Source: Malacoraja senta
Lineage: Eukaryota
Direction: 5' to 3'
DNA length: 64,000 bases
Assembly (NCBI GenBank): GCA_038087875.1
Contig: CM075989.1
Location: 5,952,001-6,016,000 of the forward strand
The translations under genes were made by a program, and so were the position numbers. Positions 24,175 through 36,625 of this stretch are shown here, piece after piece. Every line of letters begins with the position of its first letter. The stretch's first letter is position 1. Under the pieces are notes generated by a model. It did not search any database and had not been told where the DNA came from. It worked only from the letters and a program-made list of their open reading frames with translations.

Positions 24175-24598
24175 AGGGCCTGTCCCACGGGCATGCGACT
24201 CCATGCGGCAAGCGCGAACTAACCGCAAGCGGGGGCCGCGCGGAGGTGGCGGGGCCGGTCCCACTTCGATCGCGGGAGCCGCATGGAGTTGTGCGGAGCT
24301 GGTCCCGACATCGCGCGGGGCTCCGAAAAACTGACACTGTTCAAAAATTCCGTGCGGCAACGGCCTGCCGCCCCGCAGCCGCATCGAGGCCGTGCGCACC
24401 GCCTCGCCGCCGTACGCACTGTCTTGACGGCACTCGACCTCCGCGCGGCCCCCGCTTCCGATTTGGTAGCGCTTGCCGCATGCAGCCGCATGCTGGTGGG
24501 ACCGGCCCTGTACGGGGATCACTCGACCTCCGCGCGGCCCCCGCTTGCGGCTAGGTCGCGCTTGCCGCATGGAGTCGCATGCCCGTGGGACAGGCCCT
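24175..24598. mobile_element. GC/CpG-rich PIF/Harbinger-like MITE
   Basis: About 70-bp near-perfect TIR starting AGGGCCTGTCCCACGGGCATGCGACTCCATGCGGCAAGCGCG; flanks TAA (left) and TTA (right). Confidence 0.9.
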
Positions 24599-24647
24599 TT
24601 AGGCAGCACCTCTGGGAAGTTGTTGTGAAAGAGGTGAATGATTCAGT

Positions 24648-24869
24648 GTGTAGGAAGGAACTGCAGATGCTGGTTTAAACTGAAGACAGACACAAAATGC
24701 TGGAGTAACTCAGCGGGACAGGCAGCATCTCTGGAGAGAAGGAATGACTGACGTTGCGGATCGAGACCCTTCTTCAGAATGGAGATGGGTCTCGACCTGA
24801 AACGTCACCCATTCCTTCTATCCAGAGATGATGCCTGTCCCGCTGAGTTACTCCAGCATTTTGTGTCTA
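24648..24869. mobile_element. Palindromic (head-to-head) hammerhead-family unit with 13-bp TSD
   Basis: Minus arm 24648-24778, plus arm about 24785-24869; TGAATGATTCAGT at 24635-24647 and 24870-24882. Confidence 0.85.
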
Positions 24870-25894
24870 TGAATGATTCAGTAATTGGATTGGGGTGGGT
24901 GTCTGGATGTCCGAGCTTTCAAGCTTCAGCTTCTTCTGTAGATTGGAGCTGGACTCGTTTTGTTTGTCAATAATGCAACCAGATGATCTCCCTGATGACC
25001 ATCATTCGAATGAGTAGGAGTGCAAGGTTTAATAGAGTAGAAGTAAATGGTTTATTAAAAAATAAAGTCAGCACTTGCAATGAGCATGACTTTTGATTTA
25101 CGGAGAAGTGTTGCATTTGGGGCTAAGGCTTTGGTATAAAAATTACATTTTGTATTCTGAGAGATGCAGCTTAAACAAAGATATATTTTCCTGACGGCCT
25201 GTACAAGGCAGCTGTTGCCTTCTTCATGTATTTTAAGCGTGATAAATGGTTGATGCCAGAGATATCCAGAGCAGGTGCTTCAAGGAGCCCGGGGCTTACA
25301 ACATGAGAGGACTCTGTTGCATTAACCCTTATGTGGGTAATAGTTATATTCGGGGCTCCGCAAGTTATATTTTTGTCCACACGTCTTCTTCTCAGCTGGG
25401 ATGAGTCGGAATAGGACATAGAGTGTCGGGCAAGATTGGCAATTAGCCAGAATACTGCCAACTGGGAGGTCAAGCATACCTCCACTCCCAGTAGAGAATG
25501 GGTAAGGAGCAGATGATCCCAATGGCAAAGTTTAGAGGCATTTAAATTCACGATGGGCCTTGATAGAGGAAAGGAGAAGATCTTGGTCCCATTGCTGGAA
25601 GGGAGAAGGTCTGAAGAAGGGTCTCAACCCAAAAAGCCACATATTCCTTTTCTCCAGAGATGCTGTCTGACCTGCTGAATTACACCAGATTTTGGTATCT
25701 TTCTTTACCTCTAAAGGACACAGCATTAAGCTAATTGACAAACATGCCTCTTATGTTATGAGTAACATTCAAAGTAACTCTTCAAGGATCTTGACCAGAA
25801 ACATGTGCCCACGGTGAGGTGAGAAGAATTTGGTTTGGACAGAATCTAGGAGTACAATGACAGAGTTCCCTGTAAGTGACATTTAAGGTAGCTA

Positions 25895-26893
25895 AGCTTC
25901 TGAGGGAGGCTTTTGGCATGCTGACCTTCATCAGTCAGGGATCTAAGTATAGAAAGATAGACAAAACCGTGCAGGAGTAACTCAGCGGGTCAGACAGCAT
26001 CTCTGGTGAAAAAGGATAGGTGATGTTTCTGGCAGGACCTTTTTAGAGTTAATCCAGCACTTTGTGACTATCTTTGGTGTAAACCACCATCTGCAGTTCT
26101 TTGTTTCGACTAATTATAGAAGTTGGGACGATATGTTACAAATGGACAAGACGTTGATGAGGCTGCACTTTGGTGAACACTTTTGTTCTCCCTGTTATGG
26201 GAAAGTTGCCATCAAGCTGGAGAGGGAGCAGGGAACAGGATGTTTACAAGGATGTTGCCGGGACTCAAGAGCCAAAGCTGCAGGGAGAGGTTGGGCAGGC
26301 TCGGGCTTTATTCCTTGGAGCGTAGGAGATTGAGTGGTGATATCATGGAGATATGTATGGTCATGAGGGGTAAAGATAGGGTAAATGCTCAGTCCTTTTC
26401 TCCAGGATAGGGATATGAAGAGCAAGAGGGTACAGGTTTAAAGTGGGAGGGGAGAGATTTAATCGGGATCTGAGGTCCAACGTTTTCACACAGAGGGTGG
26501 TGGGTATATGGAAAATACAGCCAGATGAGGTAGTTAAGACAGGGACAATTTAGAGGACATTTGGACAAGTACATGGCGAAGAAGGGGTTTTGAGGGATAT
26601 GTGCCAAATGCAGGTAAATGAGACTAGCTTATATGGGATATTGGTCAGCATGGATGAATTGGGCTGAAGGGCCTGATTCCATGCTCTATGACTACATTTT
26701 AGGTAGAGAGCTTAAATGATGTATTCAAGAAAGAGTTAGATATAGGTCTTAGGGCTAACAGAATCAATGGATATGGGGAGAAAGCAGGAACGGGGTACTG
26801 ACTTTGGATGATCAGACATGATCATATTGAATGGCGGTGCTGGCTCAAAGGGCCGAATGGACTACTCCTGCACCTATTTTCTATCTTTCTATG
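25895..26893 (+). mobile_element. Degenerate CR1 fragments, interrupted by a palindromic hammerhead-family unit at 25955-26109
   Basis: FTRMLPGLK...[17 protein letters not shown]; insert flanked by CTAAGTATAGAA (25943-25954) and CTAATTATAGAA (26110-26121). Confidence 0.7.
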
Positions 26894-26959
26894 ATAACTC
26901 CTACATAGAGCCATGGTGGGGGATGGCTTAGTCCTCTGCTGTTGTCCCAACCTCTAAAG

Positions 26960-27345
26960 GCGAGTTGGTTCAATGGTACTTTATCATCCTGTGCCTAAGT
27001 TCAGTAAGATTCTCTTTTTATGTACAGTTCAGTGACAATCCTGCTGTACATTAGGCACAATCATCCAAAGTACTAGAGTGTGGGATTGTAGACGGAGTCA
27101 GTACATAAGAGTCACCACGTTTTAGGCGCCATCTTGTACCCTTCAAAATCTTTTTAAAACGATTGCGTCGAAACTTGGCCGTAAAGGCCCGTTGTCCAGG
27201 CGGCAACACTTGGGTCAGAGTCGCAGGGATTGGAAGTGCCAGGCGATGTTGTCGATGTCCTCCACCGCTCCGCGCCGCTGCAGGTTGCGTCCGTTCATTG
27301 CGTCGGCCACTCGAAGCGGCGCCCGATCTACTTGCAGCTCCCCGT
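26960..27345 (-). repeat. CpG-rich interspersed repeat with LINE-like tail, unclassified
   Basis: Minus strand has a GC-rich body, AAGATGGCGCC, and ends GATAAAGTACCATTGAACC. Confidence 0.4.
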
Positions 27346-27899
27346 CTAATAAACTCTGCACGTTGCGATTGGCAAAGAAGGAAATGTTCTTATATTTCAA
27401 TCAGTATGAAACCTTGTACTTTCCTTTACCCCCACTCTCAGCACCCACAGCTGGAGATCCTCCCCACTCTCACCATGACACTGGGAGATTCCTAATAGTG
27501 ATCAAAGTCGAAGAAAACATGAAAATATTTATGCCCCTTGTTTTTCGTTGGGCACAATCATACTGAGTACTAGAGTGTAAAACAGGCCACACCAACAGCA
27601 CCCAAGGTCAGGATCGAAGCCGGGACTCTGGGACAACAACTCCATCTACTGCCCTTATTTATTTCCTTTAAACTAAAGGTTAAGTAATTTGGAATATTAA
27701 CCCTGGCACCTTAAAGCCTGGCCTTCACCCTGCCTGATATAGATAGAATTGAAAAATTATTATCACTTTTATGAGAATCATGTCATGTATTGATTGCCCT
27801 CTGGGCCACAGCAGTGTGTAAGGTATGATCAACAGACCCTCTATGAAAAGCCATTGTATAAACTACATACACCTTCAATGAGGTCCTTGTGCATCACAC

Positions 27900-28437
27900 T
27901 GTATAACATTGTGAGCAGTCCTGGGCACCACATCTGAGGAAAGATCTGCTGGCGTTGGGGAGGGTCCAGAGGAGGTTTACGAGAATGGTCCCAGGAATGA
28001 TTAGGTTAACATAAGATGAGCGTTTGACATCACTGGGCCTGTACTTGCTGGAATTTAGAAGGATGAGGGGGCACCTCGTTGAAACTTACCGAATAGTGAA
28101 AGGCCTGGATAGAGTGGATGTGGAGAGGATGTTTTCACTAGTGGGAGAGTCTAGGACCAGAGGCTACAGCCTCAGAATAAAAGGACATAGCTTTAGAAAG
28201 GGGATGAGGAGGAATTTCTTTCTGGTGAATCTGGGGAATTCATTGCCAGAGAAGGCTGTGGAGGCCAAGTCAATGGACATTTTTACAGCGGAGATTGACG
28301 GATTCTTTATTAGTATGGGTGTCAGGGGGGGGAAGCAGGAGAATGGGGTTGAGAGGGAAGGATAGAACAGCCATGAATGAATGGTGGAGTAGACTTGATG
28401 GGCCAAATGGTCTAATTCTGCGCCGAGAACCTATGAA
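27900..28437 (+). mobile_element. CR1 3' fragment
   Basis: ORF 28024-28365 ([29 protein letters not shown]). Confidence 0.8.
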
Positions 28438-29591
28438 GTTCTGAACTCTACTAGATTTGACGAGAGGTTACAGGAACACTGGGCACAAATTCTTTACACT
28501 CAAGGCCTGTACATGAATTTGGACCATAAGCTTCTGGCCCCTACTTCAATGTGTTCATCTCCCAAGGTCATGGTGTTTGGACTGAGCTCCAGAGCAAGAG
28601 CACAAGACCATGTCTAGCTGCATTATAAACAAACGAGAGAGTCCAGGCTTAATCCATAGAGTAAGTGTATCGGCTAATACAAAGCTGACAGCTGTGTGCA
28701 GCTGTGATTTACTTGTTCCTTGGCTCAAGTTCTAGTTTAGCAGCCGTGTCTGTTTTATTAAATCCTCATTCCGGCCCTGGGAATCGATTTTTAACCTTTG
28801 AACCATATTTATATAATTAGTATCTGCTTAATTTCCCAATTGCCCCCAAACCAAAACAGTGTTGACAAGGTGCCCTAAACAAAGGAAGGTATAACAGAGG
28901 AAGAATATTCATATACAAACTATTGTCATGGGATGAGAGGCAGCAGAAGAAACAGAGGGGATGTTTTATAGATCCAGGGAGAAAATCTTTGCATGCTATT
29001 TGTCATGAATTCTTTAACTTTGTGGTGTACGTTTCATAGTGCACAATAATTCTTTTCTGCTCAGTGTAGGAAGGAACTGCAGATACTACGTACACCGAAG
29101 ATAGACACAAAATGCCAGAGAAACTCAGCGGGACAGGCAGCATCTCTGGAGAGAAGGAATGGACAATACAGCTCACCCCCTCCATGACACACTGGTCAAC
29201 CTGAGGAGTAACTTCAGCAACAGACTGGTTCCACCAAGATGCAGCAGTACAGTGCACCACAGGAGATCCTTCTGTTATGGGGTAGACTGGGAGTGACTCC
29301 CTACCCCCCCCCCCCCATCCCCAATCTTTGCACATCCACAATCCTTTCCACTCTTCACTTTAATAGTAAGATTAAACGAAAACTTACCTAAGTTTGAAGT
29401 TTGATCTTTATTTTATGAGGAGTTACGTAGGTGATTACGTGAAGAACCCCGCCAGTGCGCCTGCGCGTCAATCTTCAAAGCAGCGGTGTGAAATCACAAA
29501 AAACAACAACCGAAGTAATATACTCATAATAAAACGACTAATACAAGAACTTCCATCTGACCTTTATGATAGAGGGTAGGGTCGTGGCGGG

Positions 29592-29705
29592 CACGTAATC
29601 ACCTACGTAACTCCTCATAAAATAAAGATCAAACTTCAAACTTAGGTAAGTTCTCGTTTAATCTTACTATTTTACTTCGGAGTCACGTGAGTGACTACGT
29701 GAAGA
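29592..29705. repeat. DIRS internal complementary region (ICR)
   Basis: Reverse complement of the left end (29362-29441) fused through ATT to the reverse complement of the right end (33968-34005). Confidence 0.9.
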
Positions 29706-29873
29706 TTTTAAAGCTTTGTGATTTCATGCCGTAGATCAATCCCGGCTTCTCACTGCATAGATTGACTCTGAACGAGAATAATCAATCATGCATTCATAAT
29801 AACATTTGTACCACAAATGCAGTAATTCATTTCAATAATGAAATTAATCAGATCCCCTTTAAACCAGAGGAAT

Positions 29874-30800
29874 TTACACAGAACTTAAAATAGTTTCTGC
29901 ACACAATCCCGCATTAACAATAGGCCGATGGTAAAAATGTTGAAACATCAACTCATTGGACCATCCGGCGGCTGCGAGGATATGGTCGACGGGGACGTCT
30001 TTTGCCCTGGCCGCCGACTTTTCTGCTGCCCTAGTCGAGTGAGACGTAAAAACATAAGTGTTAATACCAGCAGCTGTTAAGACTTCTTTTATCCATCTGG
30101 AAATAGTCTGTATTGAAACTCTCTTGTGTGGTTTCTTGTGTGTGATCAACAACCCAGTTTCCGTATTTCTCAAATTCTTTGTGACCTCAATGTATTGTAA
30201 CAAATATGTCTTAACACAGAGACAAGGATCATTTGGATATGCTGCTAGCATAATTTTAAATCCTGTCACACCTGGCCTAATTTGCTTTAGTAGGTCATAG
30301 ATATAGAATGTAACCTTATCTTCAGTTACTTCCATACTGTCTATTTGTAATTTTCCAAGTGTTTGCACTCGTTGTGCTGTCACTCATGCCATAAGCATGA
30401 ATACTTTCATACTGAGCTTGGCCAAAGGTAAAGACACACTTGATAACCATCACGAAGTAGTTTCAGTACCACACTTACATCCCAGATTGTCATGTACCTA
30501 GGTTTCGGTGGTTTGGAATTAAAGATTCCTTTCATTAGTCTGGAAACAATTGGGTGTGACCCAATTGGGTTTCTTTCTGAATCCAGAACCAAATATGAGG
30601 ACAATGCACTTCTGGCTGAATTAATTGCACTACAACTCAGACCTTCATCATAATAAAGTTTTGACAGAAATTCTAAATATTTGAAATATCTACAGTACTT
30701 TATTGCACATTCTTTTGTACACAGAACTCTTCCCATTTCTTAATATAAGAAAGGTACTGTTTTTGAGTGCTCTTCCTCCAGGCTGCCGTAAGCATGTCTA
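29874..30800 (-). pseudogene. DIRS tyrosine recombinase, frameshifted
   Basis: ORF 30407-30736 (SAINSARSALS...HPIVSRLMKGIFNSKPPKPRY..WDV) and ORF 29874-30383 (QRVQ...HSTRAA...AAGW...FY) carry the catalytic R, HxxR, W and Y residues. Confidence 0.9.
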
Positions 30801-30839
30801 CAGTACTCTCAGACAGTCCTCGCCCCAGAAAAGGCCTTC

Positions 30840-31289
30840 TTAAAACCTGCAAATCAACAAATCCAAACGATCATATAATGGATGTTGTTCCCCTGTTACA
30901 GGGTGCAGCAATAAATTACTCTTTTTTGGGACTTTCATCAACATTTGTGTTGTTAATTCTAATATCAATGGATACCATGGCTGTGTAGGCCAATCTGGTA
31001 CTACCAATACCCTTGAAGCAGCATCTTGCCTGATTTTAAGCAAACATTGGCTTATGAGGCACAAAGGTGGAAATATATATGAAAACATACCACCCCAATG
31101 TAGCGAGAAAGCATCAATCGCCACTGCTCCTGAATCTGGTTTCCATGAGACATATCTCGATAGCTGATGATTCAAGTCGATGTCGGGCATTCCAAATCTG
31201 ATTACTATATCATTGAATACCTCTTGATTCAACATCCATTCTTTATTATCATGGAACTTTCGTGACCTGGTGTCTGCTATCGTGTTCAT
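30840..31289 (-). pseudogene. DIRS methyltransferase-like (MT) domain at the pol C-terminus
   Basis: NTIADTRSR (RNase H end), PDIDL..NHQL, DAFSLHW, YIFPP, VLVVPDWPTQPWYP. Confidence 0.8.
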
Positions 31290-32640
31290 TCTACCTGGTA
31301 GATAGATAGCTGAAATCCAAATGTTCTTTTCAATACGCCAAGACCAAAGTTGATTTAACTATTTTGTCACATGACACCGACTTAATTCCACCCATATCAT
31401 TAATATAGGCAACTGCTGTTGTGTTTATTAATTTTAACTTGAACCTTCCTTTTAGTTGTGTTAGAACCATAAGCTTGGAGTCCATAGAAACCTCCTAAAA
31501 GCTCCAAATAGGTAATTCCCCACGTCTGCAGTAACAATAACTCTTCCTGATTCCATCTGCCTCCGCAGCTAGATGTTAAGTCAGTTGCACCCCATCCTAG
31601 TGCACTGGCATCAGTTTGTAATATCATGGAAGGTTGTTCAATCAGCACTTTGCCTGAACTGCTTGAGACATGTAGAATCCACCACTGCAGATTAGAAACA
31701 GCATTTGTTGTTACTTGCATGGTTCTATCAAAATGACCAGCATTTACTCTCAGTGCCTGTTCTTTGATTCTCTGCAGCTGTTGATAATGTAATGGTCCAT
31801 ACTGGACTGCTGGGAATCTACTAATTTTCCCAGTACTCGAGCCACCTGTCTGATTAGAGGTTTTTGCTCGTTTAACAGATTACTGCAATCTTTAATCAAC
31901 TCCACCCTTTTTTCACTGGGCAAAGTAATTTTCATTTGGGCTGAATCAATTGTGAACCCCAAATAATCAATCGAGGTACATGTTTTTTAACCTTGATTTC
32001 TTTGGATGAATTTAGAAAACCCCAAACTTTCAAAAGTTTGATTTCATAACTGCAACCGATGCTTCTGTTGACTGTTTTGTCCTTCCTATAATCAGGACAT
32101 CATCCAGGTATGCCATTAGTACATGCCCCTGGCTCTCAGCAACCCCAGAATTGATTTTAACAATTTTATGAATATTCTGGGAGCGAACGTTAACCCATTA
32201 CGCTTTGAACTGCCCTAATTGGTTCATCCATGTAAATTTAAGATACTTCATATCTTGCAAGTGAACAGACACTGAACAAAAGGATTCAGACTTGTCAAGT
32301 CTATAATAATCCTACATCCTCCATCCTTTTTTGATCGAGGGAATATATTTGACCCAAATTGGTGAATTTGGTAGACTGATTCTTCAATAACACCTTTTAT
32401 ATATAGGGTTTTGAAGCGCAGCTTGAACCTCCATTACTTTGCAAAGTGGAGAGTTCTGCTAGGAACATGATGGACAGGCAAATCATAATTTGGATTGAAT
32501 TCAATTCAAAATCCTTGTATATTATTCAGAATTACCACATCTGAAGTAATCTTCTTCAAATGTTTATAGAAGAGACGTAATCTGCCTCCAACCTTTGGAC
32601 TTAATCCAGTTAGTATGTTCTTATGAGAACCAGGTCCACC
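31290..32640 (-). pseudogene. DIRS reverse transcriptase / RNase H, multiple frameshifts
   Basis: VGGRL N-terminus at about 32590; LMAYLDDVLII at about 32090-32120; GFTIDS..MKITLP; TDASALGWGA...ITYLELL (RNase H). Confidence 0.88.
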
Positions 32641-33826
32641 TACCTCTTGAGTCATTTGAGTACTCTGAGATCCCTGGATTCTCCCGGAAGCACCACCACT
32701 GGTTCTTACTCCCGCTGCAGGCCGCCAGCTACGTCCCTGCATTGATGAGCGACTTGGTCCTGGTCTAGGATCCGTATGACGTCTGAAAGGATACTTCCTC
32801 TTTACAGACTTTGTAACCATTGATGTTTTTATCAATCCTGTTTTCGCTTCATCTTCCAACTCTTTAATACGTCTCCCGAGATCCTCTCCAAAGAGTAAGT
32901 TGGGTAATTGTATATTACTTGGTTTGCAGAGTGCTGCGAATTTCGGATTCATAGTAGGCCGTATAGCACCTTCCTCAGATAATTGATCTCGAAGTGGGTG
33001 CTGCATAGCAACCCCAGTGCTTCCTGATGCAACTTCGTCATCTCTTGGCTGTTATCTGCTATTCTGGTAAAAGCAGTTATTCCAGAACCAAGCAGCTTTA
33101 ATATTCTCTGCAACTGATTCCAGATAATTTGGTTCACTGCTTCTGCTTTCAGCAACCCACAGTTACTTGGGGTCTCCTGCTTTCTTGCAGTCTCATCCAT
33201 CTCCTGCTGTTCCAGCTGATGGTAAACCAAGTAATTTATTAAGGAGGCCAGTTCTTCTCCTAATGGCTCTCCTGACCCTGACGGGGCAGCGAATCCTACT
33301 GCCAGGGGTGGAACATCTGGCAGCTGCCGTTCATCGCCTTTTACAGCCTCACCGTCAGAGTCGGGGTCTGAAATCTCATGACCCGTAGCACGCTCCTCAT
33401 CCCTGAGGGTGCATTCCATCAGCCCTGTACCAGGTGCTGTTGAGCTGCTTCCAGCAGCTTGGATTTCAGTACACTCCTTCCTGAGTGAACTTTGCTCAAA
33501 CAGCCTATGTAAAAGGCTTTCTATTTGGGCAATATGCTCGAAAGCAGTATCTAGCCCTGGAGCTACTTCCATTGCCTGGGACTCCCTCCGTGGGCCGTTG
33601 GGATTTAAACCTCATCTTTTGCCCGACAGGCGCTGACTGTGTTTTCACCAGCCCCAGGTCCACAGTCGCTATGCTCACCGCTGGCGACTGTACCGGGGTT
33701 TAGAGGCGGTTGGTCTCTAACCGCGGACTCCCGACTTTCCCGACTTTCTGTCCGCTGTGTCGCTCGCCTCTTCCCCATGCCCGTTTTTTCCCATGGCGTC
33801 TGTGGAAAAAATCCCCACAGACCCAC
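32640..33826 (-). pseudogene. DIRS gag-like ORF1, frameshifted
   Basis: ORFs 33605-33826, 32949-33572 and part of 32506-33006 (VNQIIW...LLFGEDL) lie between the 5' ITR and pol. Confidence 0.65.
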
Positions 33827-35779
33827 AGTAAACGGACCTGGAAAACATGAAAAAAGTTTCTACTTACCTTGTAGTTGAAAAACTACAAACCACTGGAGGA
33901 GCTCTGCTCCTCACGTCCGTTTGCGTCAAGGCGTCTGACGTAATGACGCGCAGGCACACTGGCGGGGTTCTTCACGTAGTCACTCACGTGACTCCGAAGT
34001 AAAATTTCATGTTTCATGTATTTTGTGTTTTTATGACTGTTGGCAGATCAATTTTCCCCCTGGGATAAATAAAGTTATGTCGTATCGTATCATATCGTAT
34101 CATACCTATGTAGCTGTAGGTCAGGTATCGGGAGTCACTAACTGCGGGAAACTTGGCAGAATCATTTGGACCAGGAAACATTGAATTTTAGCTCAGTGGT
34201 AGCTCTTTAGATTCTTCCATGCAAGAGGTTGGGGGGGACTCAGTCACAATAGACATAAACAATAGACAATAGGTGCAGGAGTAGGCCATTTGGCCCTTCC
34301 TGCCTTCTACCAATATCATCTGACTCTGCTATCAAGAGAGCCCTATCAAGCTCTCTCTTGAAAATATCCAGAGAACCGGCCTCCACCGCCCACTGAGGCA
34401 GAGAATTGTCACTGAGTATATTAAAGATAGGGAAATAGATCTGTGGATATTAAGGCGATTGAGGGATGCAAGGTTAGTGCATAAAAGAAAATATTACTGA
34501 ATGTCAGAGCAGGCATGGGCTTTCAGTTTGTAAGTAGAAAGTGTCCAAGGTGAGAGGTTAGTTTGAGTTTGAGTTGAGTTTATTGTCACGTGTACCGAGG
34601 TACAGTGAAAAGCTTTTGTTGCGTGCTATCCAGTCAGGGGAAAGACAACATGTGATTACGATCGAGCCGTCCACAGTGTACAGACACAGGATGTATAAGA
34701 AGGAACTGCAGATGCTGGTTTAAACCGAAGATAGACACTAATGGGAATTACGTGAATAATGATTAGTGCAAGATAAAGCCAATCACAGATAGTCTGAGGG
34801 TCTCCAATGGGGTAGATGGTCGTTCACGACCGCTCTCTAGTTGTTGGTAGGATGGTTCAGTTGCCTGATAACAGCTGGTTAGAAACTGTCCCTGAATCTG
34901 GTGGCGTGGGTTTTCACACTTCTATACCCTTTGGCCGATGGGAGAGGGGAGAAGAGGGAGTGGCCGGGGTGCGACTCGTCCTTGTTTATTCTGCTGGCCT
35001 TGCCGAGGCAGCGTGAGTTTGCCTGGACAGTTTGAGAAATCTAACCTGTATGCGGCACTCAAGAAAACATATGTCTGAATTTAGCAGTGGCTCTAGAACG
35101 AAGTGTACTAAACCATGCCTGATCCGTCATCAGCATATTCCTTAGTTTATTTCTTAAAGAAAGTGCATACTCAATATAGAACTGCCACATATTGGCTTGA
35201 ATGGGAACTGCTGCTTTGAAAGTCACTCCTTGGACCAGAGTTATGCTTGGATTGTGAACATATTTACCCAGACTCCACTGAGGGAACGCTTTCTACACCG
35301 CCAATCTCATTTCAACACGATTACATCTGTCAGATTTTGAACACGATTGTGTTTGCCTATGAGACTTCTCGTAAAGGTTGATGCAATTCTTGGTAATGGT
35401 TCTGCTGTTCTTGGTCCCAACAAATAATGTTGGTTTTGTTACAATCTTCCTTGTAGGCTGCATGGGAGATGACTTCTCGAACAACTATTTTTGTTTCGCA
35501 TCCAGTGTAAAATACGGAGCCCAAAATAAACAGAATGGGAACGTTGGATGAAGTGGGCATGTTTACTTCCTTTCCTTCTTAATGACTCCGTTGTAAGCTT
35601 GACCAAAGAAAATGGAGTCTTGTGTTAACCTTTGTTTCACTAGATTGACTTCCTTATTGACTTCAAAGTGAACCCAGTTTGTATTAAAAGTGAGGGCTAA
35701 GAACACTCTTTTTGCATTCCCAGCCATGAACCCTTTCTCTCCCCAGTGTTGTCCAACTCAACGTGTTCAGTGCTGGGTG

Positions 35780-36625
35780 TGTGCGCCCAAATATCAGAAG
35801 ACAAAACGTTTGACACAGCTCTTGGAGTCAGCCAGGTCCATCATGGGCTCAGCCCTCTCCACCATCGACAGCATCTACATGAGGCACTGCCACAAGAACA
35901 CGGCATGTATCATCAAGGATCCCCACCCTTAAAGCCCTGTCCCACTGTACGAGTTCATTCAAGAGTTCTCCCCGAGTTTCCCCTGATTCGAACTCGGAGA
36001 TTTACGGTAATGGCCACTCGTAGGTACTCGGGGCTCTCGTGGACATTTTTCAACATGTTGAAAAATCTTCACGAGTCTTCCCGAGCTTACCTGCCATTAA
36101 CGAGTCTTCCCGAGTACCTGCCGTTAGCGTTACGAGCCCGCTAAGAGACGTCCCCAAGCTCCGACGTACCCGCTACGTTCATTCTACGTGCTTCCCATGA
36201 GTTTGATTTTTTTTTTTAACTCGGGAGAGCATTTGAATGAACTCGTACAGTGGGACAGGGCCATTATGGATCCTGTCCTCTTCTCACTGCTCCTGTTGAG
36301 GCAAGAGGTACAGAAGCCTGATGTCCCACACCACCAGGTTCAGGAGCAGCTACTTTCCTGTAACAATCAGGTTCTTGAACTAACCTGCAGAACGTTAAGC
36401 CTACCTCAGCTATGGAACACTACAGACTTGCACCACCATGGACATGATCTCTAATTGTATTTTGCACTAATGTCAAGATATTTTACAATATGTATGTCTA
36501 ATTGATATTTTTTGTGTGTTGTCTAAGTCGATGTGCCTATGATGCTACTGCAACCAAGATTATTATTATACCTGTACCCCACCGTACTTGAGTATATGAC
36601 CATAAACTCAACTTGACTTGACTTG
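35780..36625 (+). mobile_element. Old Rex1/Babar-like 3' end interrupted by a MITE
   Basis: ARSIMGSALSTIDSIYMRHC...IIKDPHP; (CTTGA)n tail at about 36612-36625. Confidence 0.7.
35932..36263. mobile_element. PIF/Harbinger-like MITE
   Basis: TIR AAGCCCTGTCCCACTGTACGAGTTCATTCAA and its inverse; TTA TSD at 35929-35931 and 36264-36266; same family, inverted, at 63159-63488. Confidence 0.85.

Larger units (their letters stand above)
29362..34005 (-). mobile_element. DIRS-type tyrosine-recombinase retrotransposon, full length, ORFs decayed
   Basis: Inverted termini (CGTGAAGAACCCCGCCAGTG(C/T)GCCTGCGCGTCA at about 29438-29470 and its inverse at about 33944-33976), ICR 29592-29705, gag-RT-RH-MT-YR order on the minus strand, AAT at both ends. 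Confidence 0.93.
29166..34102 (+). mobile_element. LINE 3'UTR/tail hosting the DIRS (pieces 29166-29361 and 34006-34102)
   Basis: CTCTTCACTTT-AAT-TTCATGTTTCATG reads through when the DIRS is removed; ends AATAAAGTT(CGTAT)n. Confidence 0.55.

Noticed and set aside
24175..24598. CpG island or promoter with several overlapping ORFs
   Set aside because: Entirely bounded by MITE TIRs; the ORFs reflect high GC content
29874..30383. Phage integrase or bacterial contamination
   Set aside because: The recombinase lies inside a DIRS element with RT, ITRs and ICR, integrated in vertebrate repeats
35458..35550. Possible plus-strand exon after TTCCTTGTAG
   Set aside because: All three frames reach a stop and no convincing splice donor is present
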